Numbered from the stretch's first letter, positions 38,990 to 49,516 are shown. The stretch: DNA of 64,000 bases from Candidatus Poribacteria bacterium (GCA_965215265.1 OZ244048.1:2368001-2432000), one strand, 5' to 3'. The notes: a model not told the origin generated them from the sequence alone. Made by a program: numbers and translations.

Positions 38990-39748
38990 TTAGACATTAC
39001 ACACATCAAAAGCGGCTTGCATCGCCTCGAGCGCGTCGCCTTTCGGCCCGAATTCATGCCCGACGTAAAGGTCATATCCGGTTTTTGCGATGGCACGCAT
39101 CACGGCAGGATAGTAGATTTCCTGCTCGTCATCCAGATCATGGCGGCCGGGGTTGCCTGCCGTATGGAAATGTCCGATGTACTCAATATAATCGGTGATG
39201 TTGCGAATCAGATCGCCTTCCATAATCTGCATGTGATAGATGTCGTAGAGCAGCTGCGCCCGCGGTGAACCGACACTTTTGCACACCTCAACACCCCACG
39301 CCGTCTTGTCACACTGGTAGTCTGGATGGTTGACTTTGCTGTTGAGGAGTTCGATGCAGAGGTTAACCCCTTTCTCCTCGGCAGCCTTCGTCACGCGCGA
39401 TAGCCCCTCTACCGTATTATCCCGCCCCTCTTCTTCCGATTTGCCTTCACGGTTTCCAGAGAAACAGATCAGACCGGGAATGTCGTTTGCCGCTGCGATG
39501 TCAATATTTTTAAGGATTTCGTCTTCAATTCTGTCGTGATTTTCGCGTTTGTTCAAGCCGTCGGGTAGCGAACTGTGTCCTACGATAATTGCGACACGCA
39601 TCCCGTTGTCACGGACGACGGGCCAGAGCGTCGACGGTAACATTTCAACAGATTTATAACCGATTTTGGCGGCTTTGCGAATGACATCTTCCGGATTTTC
39701 AGCGCCACGGCTGAACCCGCCAAAACAGATGGATTGATTGATTCCCAT
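38990..39748 (-). CDS. Hydroxypyruvate isomerase / sugar epimerase TIM-barrel family
   Basis: IELLNS, LLYDIYHMQIMEGD, HFHTAGNPGRH, YVGHEF. Confidence 0.88.
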   Translation of the reverse strand: MGINQSICFGGFSRGAENPEDVIRKAAKIGYKSVEMLPSTLWPVVRDNGMRVAIIVGHSSLPDGLNKRENHDRIEDEILKNIDIAAANDIPGLICFSGNREGKSEEEGRDNTVEGLSRVTKAAEEKGVNLCIELLNSKVNHPDYQCDKTAWGVEVCKSVGSPRAQLLYDIYHMQIMEGDLIRNITDYIEYIGHFHTAGNPGRHDLDDEQEIYYPAVMRAIAKTGYDLYVGHEFGPKGDALEAMQAAFDVCNV

Positions 39749-39873
39749 AATTAATGCATTCTCTCTTTTGATATTAGGACAGGCTTGAGCCGCCCCTGAC
39801 AATTTTTTATCTCACACTTAGCACTTAATAAGTAAGTTAAATACCGTTGTTATCACTGTTTGTCTATTGAGGC

Positions 39874-40839
39874 TTACAGGTCAACTGCTTTGCCGGTGCA
39901 GAAGGACGTGCTTGCAGCGAGCATGATGCGGAGCGTCTGGAGTGCGTCGCTATACGGTGATAAGATTTTTGAACCGTCGCCGCTCTTCACTGCATCAATA
40001 AACACACGATCCCGGTCCTGTCCCCCCGCGCCCGAAAGCGGTTCAACTTCGCCTTTGCGGTCTACGTTGTTTGCCCCGCCAACGGTGACGACGAGCCCAC
40101 GGCAGAATACTTCAAGGCGAACGCGTCCGAAACCTTCCATTGCACACGAAGAGACGATGTTCGCCACAGCCCCGTTCTCAAATTCGATGTTCACCATGCT
40201 GATGTCGTCCACGTCGTAATTGGGGACATCTGTCATGCTGCCGCTTGCGGCGACACCGTGTACGGTTTTGCCGTCGCTGCCGACGAGAAAACGAGCAAGA
40301 TCGAAGATATGCGTTGTCTGCTCGACGTGTTGTCCACCGGATTGTGCACGCACACGCCACCATGGGGTACCAGGCAATCCGCCCATCCAATAACCGAGTG
40401 CACCCAGGATTTGTGATTCCGCTTCAAGCATCGCCTTTGCATTCTGTGCATTACCGCCGTAACGCCAATGGTAACCAACACTGGTGATAACACCGGTCTG
40501 TTCAATGTAATCGTTAATGATAATTGCCGGTTCCAGTTCGGAATGGATGGGCTTCTCAATAAACATCGCGATACCTTTTTCGCACGCGATGCGTTCTTGC
40601 TCACCGTGTGCAAACGGAGGCGTACAGATGTAAACCGCGTCCAAATCCTCTTTGTCGTACATTACACGATAATCGGTATAGGCATTTCCCCCGAATTCGT
40701 CTGCGCGTTGTTTCGCACGTTCTTCGGAGATGTCGCACATGGCAGTAAATTCAACGTCGTCAAAGTTATCCTTGAGGTTATTCATGTGTGCGCCTGCCAT
40801 GCCGCCGGTCCCGATAAAACCGAGTTTTACTGTATCCAT
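39874..40839 (-). CDS. Gfo/Idh/MocA oxidoreductase
   Basis: GFIGTGGMA, DAVYICTPP..H, EKPI, SGG..VEQ.TH. Confidence 0.92.
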   Translation of the reverse strand: MDTVKLGFIGTGGMAGAHMNNLKDNFDDVEFTAMCDISEERAKQRADEFGGNAYTDYRVMYDKEDLDAVYICTPPFAHGEQERIACEKGIAMFIEKPIHSELEPAIIINDYIEQTGVITSVGYHWRYGGNAQNAKAMLEAESQILGALGYWMGGLPGTPWWRVRAQSGGQHVEQTTHIFDLARFLVGSDGKTVHGVAASGSMTDVPNYDVDDISMVNIEFENGAVANIVSSCAMEGFGRVRLEVFCRGLVVTVGGANNVDRKGEVEPLSGAGGQDRDRVFIDAVKSGDGSKILSPYSDALQTLRIMLAASTSFCTGKAVDL

Positions 40840-41168
40840 AGTTTCTCCTTAAAAAGTGGGTGATTATGAAAAAAATCCGTTAATTTTTCACACTATAGTT
40901 TACCAGAAATCAAACGTTTATAGCAAGATATTTATTTAATCTCACTTACCCCCCCCATTTTTTTCTGAGAGTCGTCTGTGTGATATTGTTAGGTGTGTGT
41001 GTGAGAAAAGTGGCAGGATAGGTATTCTTTGTCTGTCCTGAGGGAGAGACAAGAAAACCGAACCTGCCGAACCGAACCCCGCCAATCGTTTTGATGTTTG
41101 AAGGTGATTCGCGTGTGTGAGGTTGGAGTTCCGCCCGGTGTCAAAAGACGCGCGGGCGGTTCGTTTTG

Positions 41169-41486
41169 TTATGGAGCGTCACTCGCACGCGTCGGCTTTT
41201 GCTGTGAAACAAGGATTTCGTTCGGCCCTGCTTGTTGTGCTGCCATTCTGCGTTCGCGTGCTTTCCGAATCTGTTCTTTGAGGCGTGCGATGCGTTCGGC
41301 ACAACAGTCACAAGATTTCTTTTTCACTGTGGGCTGGGTTGTTGAAGCAGGCGTGGGTGTTTCCACTCGTGCTTGTTGCTGGGGTGTCTGCGTGTCACGT
41401 GTCTGTGTTGCGTAACTGATAACGCCCAAGCCGAGTGCGATGATGGCAAGGGTGACAATGCAGTAGAAAAGATATATCTTTTTCAT
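41169..41486 (-). CDS. Small membrane-anchored protein with KKSCDCC motif and coiled coil
   Basis: N-terminal TM helix, T/P/Q linker, CxCC; abuts the upstream gene. Confidence 0.7.
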   Translation of the reverse strand: MKKIYLFYCIVTLAIIALGLGVISYATQTRDTQTPQQQARVETPTPASTTQPTVKKKSCDCCAERIARLKEQIRKARERRMAAQQAGPNEILVSQQKPTRASDAP

Positions 41487-42599
41487 TCAGTCGTTCTCCT
41501 TATTTCTGCGGATGAGACGTTCAACCTGTTTTGCGATGCCTGGATCTGATTCTTTGAGTCGACGGAGTCCTTCTTCCGGACCATAGCGATTCAAGGTTTG
41601 TAGTGCGCGGTTGAAACGTTCCGGCGAAAAGTATTTACGCAGGGCTGTCTCTATATTTTCTTCGCTAAGTGCTTTGAAATCCGATTGCCTTAGCGGTGCC
41701 GTCGGCTCTATCACGAGGTCTGCCGCTGTTTTGGGTAGGGCTGGAACGTCGTCTTTTTCGTCTGATGTCAAATCTCTTTGCGGACTTCGTATCGGATCTG
41801 ATGGGCTGACAGTTGAGCGATCCACTGATATCTCTTCAGAAGTTGAGAGGGGCTGTGTCCGCGTTTCTCCTAATGCTTCCGTTGACTGCATCGCCCTGTT
41901 TTTTATCTCCTTGAGCCAAGATACGGCACTATCTAGATTCATATCTCGTAGCGAAATATTAGAGCCAAAATGGGCAAGATACCACGCCGATGCCCGTTCA
42001 TCTGCCATAAATTTATTCAACACGCCGCTATCATAGCCGCCATTTTCAATGATCATAGCCGTTAGTTTTTGGCGCATTTCCGGCTCATAATCCGAAGGGT
42101 CGCCCACAGGAAAGTGTTTGCGAAACGGCTGGTGCAACAGATCTCTGGAAATCGACAATCCTTTATCTGCTAAGAAATTCATCAGCTCATTGTAAGTCGC
42201 GCCGCTATTGATGAGGTCAAGATACTCTTGGGATTCTACAATCTCATAATATCTTTTTACCTCTGGCTTCGCGAGCCTTTCAGGCGTTTGCCAGCTCTTT
42301 TGCCGATCTATTATCACTTTCAGCCTTGCTTCTACGTTACGTGGATGTGAAATCGGTAAATTTGGATCCGTCACATCCACGAGAGTTATTTCATTATCAC
42401 CATCCTTGTCTACAAAATCCTTCGAGCTCGTTTCTGTTTTCTGAGGCGTAGAAGCCGCATCGCTCGCAGATTTTGGTGCCGTAGCCCGATAGATTGTCTT
42501 GACTTCTGGGGTATCTGTCGTTGACAATTTCCATAAGGCAAAAACAATCAGGACACTCAGGAGCATGAGAATTGGATACAAAACTCGTTTTTCCTTCAT
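41487..42599 (-). CDS. Membrane-anchored hypothetical protein with C-terminal helical FSPERFNRA..YGPEEGLRRL module
   Basis: Long ORF with N-terminal TM helix and low-complexity linkers. Confidence 0.75.
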   Translation of the reverse strand: MKEKRVLYPILMLLSVLIVFALWKLSTTDTPEVKTIYRATAPKSASDAASTPQKTETSSKDFVDKDGDNEITLVDVTDPNLPISHPRNVEARLKVIIDRQKSWQTPERLAKPEVKRYYEIVESQEYLDLINSGATYNELMNFLADKGLSISRDLLHQPFRKHFPVGDPSDYEPEMRQKLTAMIIENGGYDSGVLNKFMADERASAWYLAHFGSNISLRDMNLDSAVSWLKEIKNRAMQSTEALGETRTQPLSTSEEISVDRSTVSPSDPIRSPQRDLTSDEKDDVPALPKTAADLVIEPTAPLRQSDFKALSEENIETALRKYFSPERFNRALQTLNRYGPEEGLRRLKESDPGIAKQVERLIRRNKEND

Positions 42600-42685
42600 T
42601 TTTTTTCTTCCTTTGAGCAGTGTTGTCCGTCTGGATCCCTTAGGCAATTCCACCCAAAGAACTCGACGGACAACCTCAGAGATTT

Positions 42686-42967
42686 CTAATGATCCTCATT
42701 GATGTCATGTGAACAAGCTGTAGAAGCAGCGGCACAGGCGCTTCCCATAATACTCCACGCCGTATTACATAATTCGGGATCATAGACCTCACCGCTGTAA
42801 CAATAATACATTACTAATGTATAGGCACCCGAGCACATTTGTTGTAAACCGTCACATTCTGAGGAATTATCGTGTGCATCCGTCTTCAGGACGAATAGAC
42901 TGACAGTCGTGAAACCTACAGCAAGGATACAAACAATAGCAATCGTCTGGCATAAAGACATTTTCAT
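42686..42967 (-). CDS. Small secreted Cys-rich peptide (6 Cys in the mature part)
   Basis: AAGGAG RBS; signal peptide ending TDA; C-x6-C-x10-C-x10-C-x10-C-x6-C. Confidence 0.75.
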   Translation of the reverse strand: MKMSLCQTIAIVCILAVGFTTVSLFVLKTDAHDNSSECDGLQQMCSGAYTLVMYYCYSGEVYDPELCNTAWSIMGSACAAASTACSHDINEDH

Positions 42968-43260
42968 TGGTTTTCTCCTTTATTTTTCGGGGACTGCTGT
43001 CAGGAAAGATCTGGCAATCTCCCTATAAGGTGCTAACCAAAAAGTGTCACAAAATGCATCCATTCTATAATACAATTTAGGTTCACGCTGTCCTACCTAA
43101 ATTATGGCAGTGCAGCGTCTAGGATTGCTAGTGACATCCTCGGCACACCTCTCAATTTGCAGGAGATATCAAATAGTATAACACATCTCCTACCTTAAAT
43201 TCACTAAAAAAAACAAGTTTCGGACATTTACTGTTTTGCGTTCACTATACGTTAACATCT

Positions 43261-44049
43261 CTACCTCTTCCTCTTAATTTCGTTACGAACCTTTGTGGAT
43301 ACTGAAGCCGTGGCGGGTTCTCTTGTGGATGTTCTCCACTGTTTTATCACACGCGCCACTTTATCACTCACCGCTTGAGCGGAAAAAGCTACATGTTTGG
43401 CAATCTCCGCCGGAGATTGTCCGTCTAAATACCGCTCCATTATTTTGAATTCTGCCGCAGGCAGAGAACGGAGCAACTCCTCCAACTGCGGGGCGATACT
43501 TTTTAACCACGCCTCCGCCCGTTTCAGTCTTTTTCGCGTCGCCTCCGGCGTTAAGCCTAACGCTTCCGCTATTTCTATAGGCTTGAACCCGTCTAAAAAG
43601 AGGTCCATCGCCTGGTCCATCTCGGAAAGGAGGCGCAGGAGTCTAGCCAATCGCTCGCGCCTTTCCTGCTTTTGTGCCGTCTGCCTCGCTGCGTCAATAG
43701 ACGCTGACCCTATCGCTTGCTCGGCAGGTGGCAGTGCATCTAAAGAGACGAACCGGGCACCTTCTGGCAGGTGGTCTGCTCTGCTCAGAGCGGCTCTTCG
43801 TCTATCAATCGCGACATTCTGAGCGGTTTTATATAACCATCCCGGCAACTTCTCAGGATGCTTGATTTTTTCGCGCCCTTGGAAGGCTTTACTGAAGGTG
43901 TCGTTAGCAACCTCCTCAGCATCCTGCGGATTTCTTAAAATGCGGAACGCAGCCTTAAACACGCCGTGGTAATACCTTTTAAAAATCCGCGTGAAACTGT
44001 CTGTGTCCCCTGTTTGTAAGAAATGCCGATTGAGTTCTACCTCATTCAT
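43261..44049 (-). CDS. ECF-type sigma-70 factor with two tandem region-4 HTH domains
   Basis: Region 2 DAEEVANDTF..WLYKTAQNVAID; HTH1 EIAEALGLTPEATRKRL; HTH2 EIAKHVAFSAQAVSDKV. Confidence 0.85.
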   Translation of the reverse strand: MNEVELNRHFLQTGDTDSFTRIFKRYYHGVFKAAFRILRNPQDAEEVANDTFSKAFQGREKIKHPEKLPGWLYKTAQNVAIDRRRAALSRADHLPEGARFVSLDALPPAEQAIGSASIDAARQTAQKQERRERLARLLRLLSEMDQAMDLFLDGFKPIEIAEALGLTPEATRKRLKRAEAWLKSIAPQLEELLRSLPAAEFKIMERYLDGQSPAEIAKHVAFSAQAVSDKVARVIKQWRTSTREPATASVSTKVRNEIKRKR

Positions 44050-44396
44050 TCAGGTTTACCTCCCGTCCGTCTTATCGCAGCAATTGATGTGCTGCCTTCT
44101 ATAATGACATGACGAAAATTAAAGACAAAATTGGACAAAAATATTATTTTTCTTATTTTTTTTGTCTTTAACCCACCACGGAACCGAAAAAAACGAGCTC
44201 TGTGTCCCCTGTTTGTAAGAAATGCCGATTGAGTTCTACCTCATTTATTCAGATTTACCTCCCGTCCGTCTTATCGCAGCAATTGATGTGCTGCCTTCTA
44301 TAATGACATGACGAAAATTAAAGACAAAATTGGACAAAAATATTATTTTTCTTATTTTTTTTTCTCCTTAACCCTCACGGCCCCCAAAAAAACGAG
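44000..44396. repeat. Tandem direct duplication with 199-bp period covering the sigma gene 5' end and promoter
   Basis: 44000-44197 is near-identical to 44199-44396; ATG reads ATA in the upstream copy. Confidence 0.92.
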
Positions 44397-44510
44397 GACG
44401 GAATCGTCCAGAAAAAATCGCTTGACAATTCAAGCGGAATTTGGGATACTTTATAATTAACCTAAACCACTACCTACAACAGGAACAGGGTTTTATATAG
44501 GACAGTTTAG

Positions 44511-45707
44511 ATGAAAAACGTGAAAATCACAAACATTAAAACAATATTAACCGCACCAGATGGAATTCGGTTGGTTGTTGTCAAGGTTGAAACCAGCGAA
44601 CCGGGACTATACGGTATCGGCTGTGCAACCTTCACGCAACGTCCACTCGCCGTCGCAACGGCTGTTGATGAATACCTCAAACCTTTTCTTATCGGGAAAG
44701 ACCCGAGTAACATAGAGGACATCTTTCAGACGAGTTTCGTCAGTTCCTATTGGCGAAACGGGCCCGTGTTGAACAACGCGCTTAGTGGTGTAGATATCGC
44801 CTTGTGGGACATCATGGGAAAGCGCGCCGGCATGCCGGTTTATCAACTCCTCGGTGGGAAATGCAGAGAGGCGGTGCCTCTTTATGCGCACGCCGGTGGA
44901 ACTGATTTCCAACAAGTAACAGAGAATATCCAACGCTATATGGAACAAGGGTATCGCTACGTACGTGCACAGGTGGCAATACCGGGCTATTCTACCTACG
45001 GTGCGGCTGGAGGCGGCACCCCCGCTTTCGAACCGACACCTTATGTCAATACCGTCATCAAACTTTTCGCGCATTTACGTGAAGAGTTAGGCGACACGGT
45101 GGAACTGCTCCACGACGTGCATGAACGCATCCCGCCAATACAGGCGATTAATCTCGCCAAGGCGTTAGAACCTTATCACCTCTTCTTCTTAGAAGATCCG
45201 TTTGCCCCCGAGGATGTCGACTATTTCCAGTTGATGCGCCAACAGACAAGCACCCCCATCGCCATGGGCGAATTATTTAACAACCCGAACGAATACGTCC
45301 ACCTTATCAAAGACCGGCTCATCGATTTCATTCGCGTACATATCTCCCAGCTCGGCGGCATCAGTCCTGCGCGGAAGTTAGCTGCACTGTGTGAATTTTT
45401 TGGCGTGCGCACCGCCTGGCACGGCCCGGGCGATGTATCGCCGGTCGGACATGCTGCGAATATCGCGCTCGATTTGGCGTGTTACAATTTCGGCATTCAG
45501 GAACAACACGTCTTTGGAGAAAATACAAGGGAAGTTTTTCCGGGTTGCCCCGAGATTCGTGACGGATGTTATTGGGTCAACGAAGCACCAGGACTCGGCA
45601 TAGACATCAACGAGGCACTCGCGGAAAGATTCCCGTTCCCGGAACATCCGCTTAACGGCGGATGGGCACCTGTCCGAAGGAGAGATGGAACTGTTATTCG
45701 GCCGTAG
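44511..45707 (+). CDS. Mannonate dehydratase-like (RspA/ManD) enolase superfamily protein
   Basis: YWRNGPV, LLHDVHER, FFLEDP, AMGELF, WHGPGDVSPVG. Confidence 0.88.
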   Translation: MKNVKITNIKTILTAPDGIRLVVVKVETSEPGLYGIGCATFTQRPLAVATAVDEYLKPFLIGKDPSNIEDIFQTSFVSSYWRNGPVLNNALSGVDIALWDIMGKRAGMPVYQLLGGKCREAVPLYAHAGGTDFQQVTENIQRYMEQGYRYVRAQVAIPGYSTYGAAGGGTPAFEPTPYVNTVIKLFAHLREELGDTVELLHDVHERIPPIQAINLAKALEPYHLFFLEDPFAPEDVDYFQLMRQQTSTPIAMGELFNNPNEYVHLIKDRLIDFIRVHISQLGGISPARKLAALCEFFGVRTAWHGPGDVSPVGHAANIALDLACYNFGIQEQHVFGENTREVFPGCPEIRDGCYWVNEAPGLGIDINEALAERFPFPEHPLNGGWAPVRRRDGTVIRP

Positions 45708-45713
45708 TCAGGT

Positions 45714-46311
45714 ATGTTGTGGATAATTTGTGTATTGCTTTTACTCTGTACAAATCCGTTAGACGTACAGATTCAGTTTACCGAAGTTACATCGGCGGCA
45801 GGCATCCACTTCCGTCATGTCAACGGCGCGACGGGCGAAAAACATCTCATCGAAACGATGGGAGTAGGTGCCGCTTTTATCGATTACGATAACGACCGGG
45901 ATGCAGATCTCTATCTGGTTAACGGTGCACCGCTCTCACCTCCGCTAAAACCTCTGCCAACGAATCGGCTCTACCGCAATAACGGAGATGGCACCTTTAC
46001 CGATGTCACACAGAACGCCGGTGTCGGAGATACCGGATACGGCATGGGGTGTTGCGTTGGCGATTACGATAACGATGGCAATAGAGACCTTTTCGTAACT
46101 AACTGCGGATAAGCAATTATGGCGCGAACTGAAAAGTGGCGCGAGTTATCTCTCACATCATCAACTAGTTCTTCTCATTGGAGTCGGTGCAGCAGAAGAC
46201 GTAGAGCGGTTAACTGTGCTTTGGCCGAGTGGGTTGCAAGATGAGATTCGCAATGTGCGGTGCAATCAGGCACTGACGATTCGAGAAGGCACCGGTGTTA
46301 TATCGAATTAA
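45714..46311 (+). pseudogene. CRTAC1-like (FG-GAP + ASPIC/UnbV) pseudogene with large internal deletion
   Basis: N-terminal FTEVT..AGI.F.H and DYDND.D.DL repeats stop at 46112; C-terminal KSGASYLS..GVG..V.WPSG..IREG follows to TAA 46311. Confidence 0.82.
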
Positions 46312-46416
46312 ACGAGCTCATCTCGTTCGGTTGATGGATTCACCTGGATCCTGCCCGAAATCGGCATCAAAAGCACATTCTTGACTTTTTAACCTGTTTG
46401 GAGAATTCAGCAGCAT

Positions 46417-47916
46417 TTACAAAATATATTTGCTCAAATCTTGGTCTTTCACAATCTCAGCGAGTGCCGATTTCACATAACCGCTATCTATTGTAATTTC
46501 CTGAGACTCAAGGTCTGGGGCATCAAAAAAGAGATTTTCAAACAGTTTTTCCATGATAGTGTGGAGCCGTCGCGCCCCAATGTCTTCAACGGATTCGTTA
46601 ACCTGAAACGCGAGCGCAGCGATTTCGTCAATAGCATCATCGGTAATCGTGGTCTTTATCGCCTCAGTATCGAGTAAGGCAGTATATTGCTTGACGAGTG
46701 CATTCTTAGGTTCGGTTAAAATTGACTTAAAATCATCTTGCGTAAGGCTTTTTAACTCAACGCGAATCGGGAATCGCCCTTGCAACTCAGGAATCAAGTC
46801 CGAGGGACTTGAGACATGAAAAGCCCCAGCAGCGATGAATAAGATATGATGCGTACGCACCGCTCCATACTTTGAACCGACTGTACTGCCTTCAATGATC
46901 GGTAGGATGTCACGCTGCACGCCTTCACGAGAAACGTCTGGCCCCTGGCGCGATTCACGCCCAGCTATCTTGTCAATTTCGTCCAAAAACACAATGCCTG
47001 AATTTTCGACACGCTTAATGGCCTCACTGATGACGACATCCATGTCAATCAGTCTCTCTGCTTCTTCTTGCATTAAAATTTGACGTGCCTCTGAAATAGG
47101 CAAACGCCGTTTCTTCGTCTGATTCGGGAGGATACTACTGAACATATCCTTAAAGTTTATGTCCATTTCCTCAATGCCGCTTGGTGAAAAAATTTCAATA
47201 AAAGGCAGGTTCCGAGGCTTGACATTGATTTCAACCGGTTTATCCTCAAGCTTACCTTCACGAAGCCATTTTTGGAACATCTCGCGTGTCTTAAAGTATC
47301 GCTCGCGCTGTTTCTTCCGCGACACCTTGGTTCCCTCTCCGTCCTCTTCTTCTACTACCTCCTCAGAGTTATCAAACGGCAATTGTAGGATATTGTCAAC
47401 CAATGATTCGGAATCTTCGCTCTTCGCATCATCGTTCTCCGCCTTTCTCTCGTCTCTACTGGAACGCATGAAACGGGGCATCGGGATCAAGCAATCGAGC
47501 AAACGTTCATCAGTAAGGCTCCGCGCTCTATCTTTAACCGCTTCGGTTTGCTCTGCTTTAACGCGGCTGATCGCGACTTCCGTAAGATCGCGAATCATCG
47601 ATTCAACGTCACGGCCGACATACCCGACTTCAGTATACTTTGACGCTTCTACTTTGATGAATGGTGCATCGACGAGGCGCGCCAACCGTCTCGCTATTTC
47701 TGTTTTGCCGATGCCGGTTGAACCGATCATAATAATATTCTTTGGGGCAACTTCGTCCTGAATATTTTCTGCTAACATTTTACGCCGAGCCCGGTTACGG
47801 AGCGCAATGGCGACTGCCCGTTTGGCATCAAGCTGCCCTATGATGTACTTATCAAGTTCCTGAACAATCTGCCGTGGCGTGAGCGCGGTTTCTAAGGTTC
47901 TATTTTCACTAGTCAA
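46417..47916 (-). CDS. hslU: ATP-dependent protease ATPase subunit HslU
   Basis: [51 protein letters not shown]. Confidence 0.96.
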   Translation of the reverse strand: MTSENRTLETALTPRQIVQELDKYIIGQLDAKRAVAIALRNRARRKMLAENIQDEVAPKNIIMIGSTGIGKTEIARRLARLVDAPFIKVEASKYTEVGYVGRDVESMIRDLTEVAISRVKAEQTEAVKDRARSLTDERLLDCLIPMPRFMRSSRDERKAENDDAKSEDSESLVDNILQLPFDNSEEVVEEEDGEGTKVSRKKQRERYFKTREMFQKWLREGKLEDKPVEINVKPRNLPFIEIFSPSGIEEMDINFKDMFSSILPNQTKKRRLPISEARQILMQEEAERLIDMDVVISEAIKRVENSGIVFLDEIDKIAGRESRQGPDVSREGVQRDILPIIEGSTVGSKYGAVRTHHILFIAAGAFHVSSPSDLIPELQGRFPIRVELKSLTQDDFKSILTEPKNALVKQYTALLDTEAIKTTITDDAIDEIAALAFQVNESVEDIGARRLHTIMEKLFENLFFDAPDLESQEITIDSGYVKSALAEIVKDQDLSKYIL

Positions 47917-48454
47917 TTTTAGTTTCTCCTATAGATTCAACTTCAATGCGGGCATTGGTGTAAATGCAAATGTCACTTGTAATCTGTAACGCCTCCGCTA
48001 CAATCTCTTTTGCTGTGAGTGCGGAATGCATCAGCAACGCCTTCGCCGCTGCAAGGGCGCTGGACGCTCCAGAACCAATCGCGAGCATCGCGTCGTCAGG
48101 CGCAATAACATCACCATTACCTGAGATGAGGTAACTGCTCTTGTCATCCACTGCAATCATTAAAGCATCAACCCGTCTGAGCACCCGGTCGCTTCGCCAA
48201 TCCCTGGCAAGTTCAACCGCGGCTCTCTGAAGGTTACCGCCATAACGTTCCAAGCCTTTTTCCAACGTTTCATAGAGTGTCAGTGCGTCTGAGGCAGAAC
48301 CGGCAAATCCCAGCAGCACCTGCTCATTGTGAATTTTCCGAATTTTGCGTGCACCGTGCTTTATTGCCATATCGCCGAGCGTCACTTGGCCATCGCCACC
48401 TATGGCTACCTGGCCATTTAGACGGACAGCTAAAATTGTTGTTGAACGTATCAT
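47909..48454 (-). CDS. hslV: ATP-dependent protease subunit HslV
   Basis: TTILAV, GDGQVT, GFAGS..DA, AIGSG, ICIYTN. Confidence 0.96.
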   Translation of the reverse strand: MIRSTTILAVRLNGQVAIGGDGQVTLGDMAIKHGARKIRKIHNEQVLLGFAGSASDALTLYETLEKGLERYGGNLQRAAVELARDWRSDRVLRRVDALMIAVDDKSSYLISGNGDVIAPDDAMLAIGSGASSALAAAKALLMHSALTAKEIVAEALQITSDICIYTNARIEVESIGETKID

Positions 48455-48537
48455 TTTATCCTTTTTTTTGCGTGATGCGCATCGTCAGGCGGCAGACACA
48501 AATGAATCTTCCAAGAAGGGTTTGACACAACTTCGTC

Positions 48538-49281
48538 TTAAAAAACATAAAAAAGTAAGAAGCTAAAAAACTGCAGCGCCCCCATAAAGATACCACAGCG
48601 TATTCCTGCAACCACGGGATGTTGTTCCCTATGAAAGTAATATGGGCACAATAGGAAAGTCAGGAAAAAAGCGATCGGCACGAAAACGGGCACCGACGCG
48701 ATATGGGGAAAATTGCCCACTCGCGTTGCATTCCATATCCATAATTCGGATTCTCCTAACTGATAGATAATCGTTGCTCCTATACCTGCCATCAAACCCG
48801 TTAATACCGCTGCAATGAGACGATGCCTGAAAATCATGAGGCCCCTATCATAGCAGTAGGCCATCAACATCGCAAAAATTGCCCACGTCAAGATAAGCCC
48901 CAAAGGTACACCGAGGCGCTCAAATTCTGAGCGGAGGTAGAAGACGATATGCGCTTTTCGTGAAAAGAACCAGTCTATCGGCAGATAGAGCGCTGTCGCA
49001 GCTACGCCAAAAAGCATGCACCTTGAGAGAACCGATTTTTCGTGTGATACTGGAACCTCACTTTTCAATGAAACCGGATCTTCTCTCGGCCCTGATAACT
49101 CGAAAATTTCTTCCTCAGTGCTCCGACAGAGCAAGTACCCAAACCATCCGATAGTTAATAACACATTTGGGTAAAGCACCCAGATGGAACCAATTTGATT
49201 GACAATTAAGAACGTTAAAAACGTGGTGCATGCTACAGTGATAACTGCGGTATCCGTTCTACTCCGATAGTTTAAAGACAT
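48538..49281 (-). CDS. Multi-pass membrane protein of unknown function
   Basis: About 7 hydrophobic segments. Confidence 0.65.
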   Translation of the reverse strand: MSLNYRSRTDTAVITVACTTFLTFLIVNQIGSIWVLYPNVLLTIGWFGYLLCRSTEEEIFELSGPREDPVSLKSEVPVSHEKSVLSRCMLFGVAATALYLPIDWFFSRKAHIVFYLRSEFERLGVPLGLILTWAIFAMLMAYCYDRGLMIFRHRLIAAVLTGLMAGIGATIIYQLGESELWIWNATRVGNFPHIASVPVFVPIAFFLTFLLCPYYFHREQHPVVAGIRCGIFMGALQFFSFLLFYVF

Positions 49282-49324
49282 AAGATTCTCAGAATGGCTG
49301 GGGCGAAAAAACGTTGTGCGGCAA

Positions 49325-49516
49325 TCACCGATTACGAGATTCAGCCTGTTTCTCTAACCAATCCTCTATACCTTTGATCTCTTCACCTATGAACGCCCGG
49401 ACTCCTTTCAGAAACTCTATCTCTGCGTTCCGAAGATGTGAGATCGATTCCTCATGTCCCTTTGAGATTTCGTCCACAATTCGTTCCTTAACATCATTCA
49501 GCAGTGAAAATAACAT
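49325..49516 (-). CDS. Small amphipathic helical protein downstream of the ArsA/Get3 gene
   Basis: GGAG RBS; HLRNAEIEFLKGVRAFI amphipathic helix. Confidence 0.65.
   Translation of the reverse strand: MLFSLLNDVKERIVDEISKGHEESISHLRNAEIEFLKGVRAFIGEEIKGIEDWLEKQAESRNR

Noticed and set aside
41012-41068. Long hairpin sharing GGCAGGATA(A)GGTATTCT with ~58040
   Set aside because: Only two short partial copies; not enough to call a mobile element or ncRNA.
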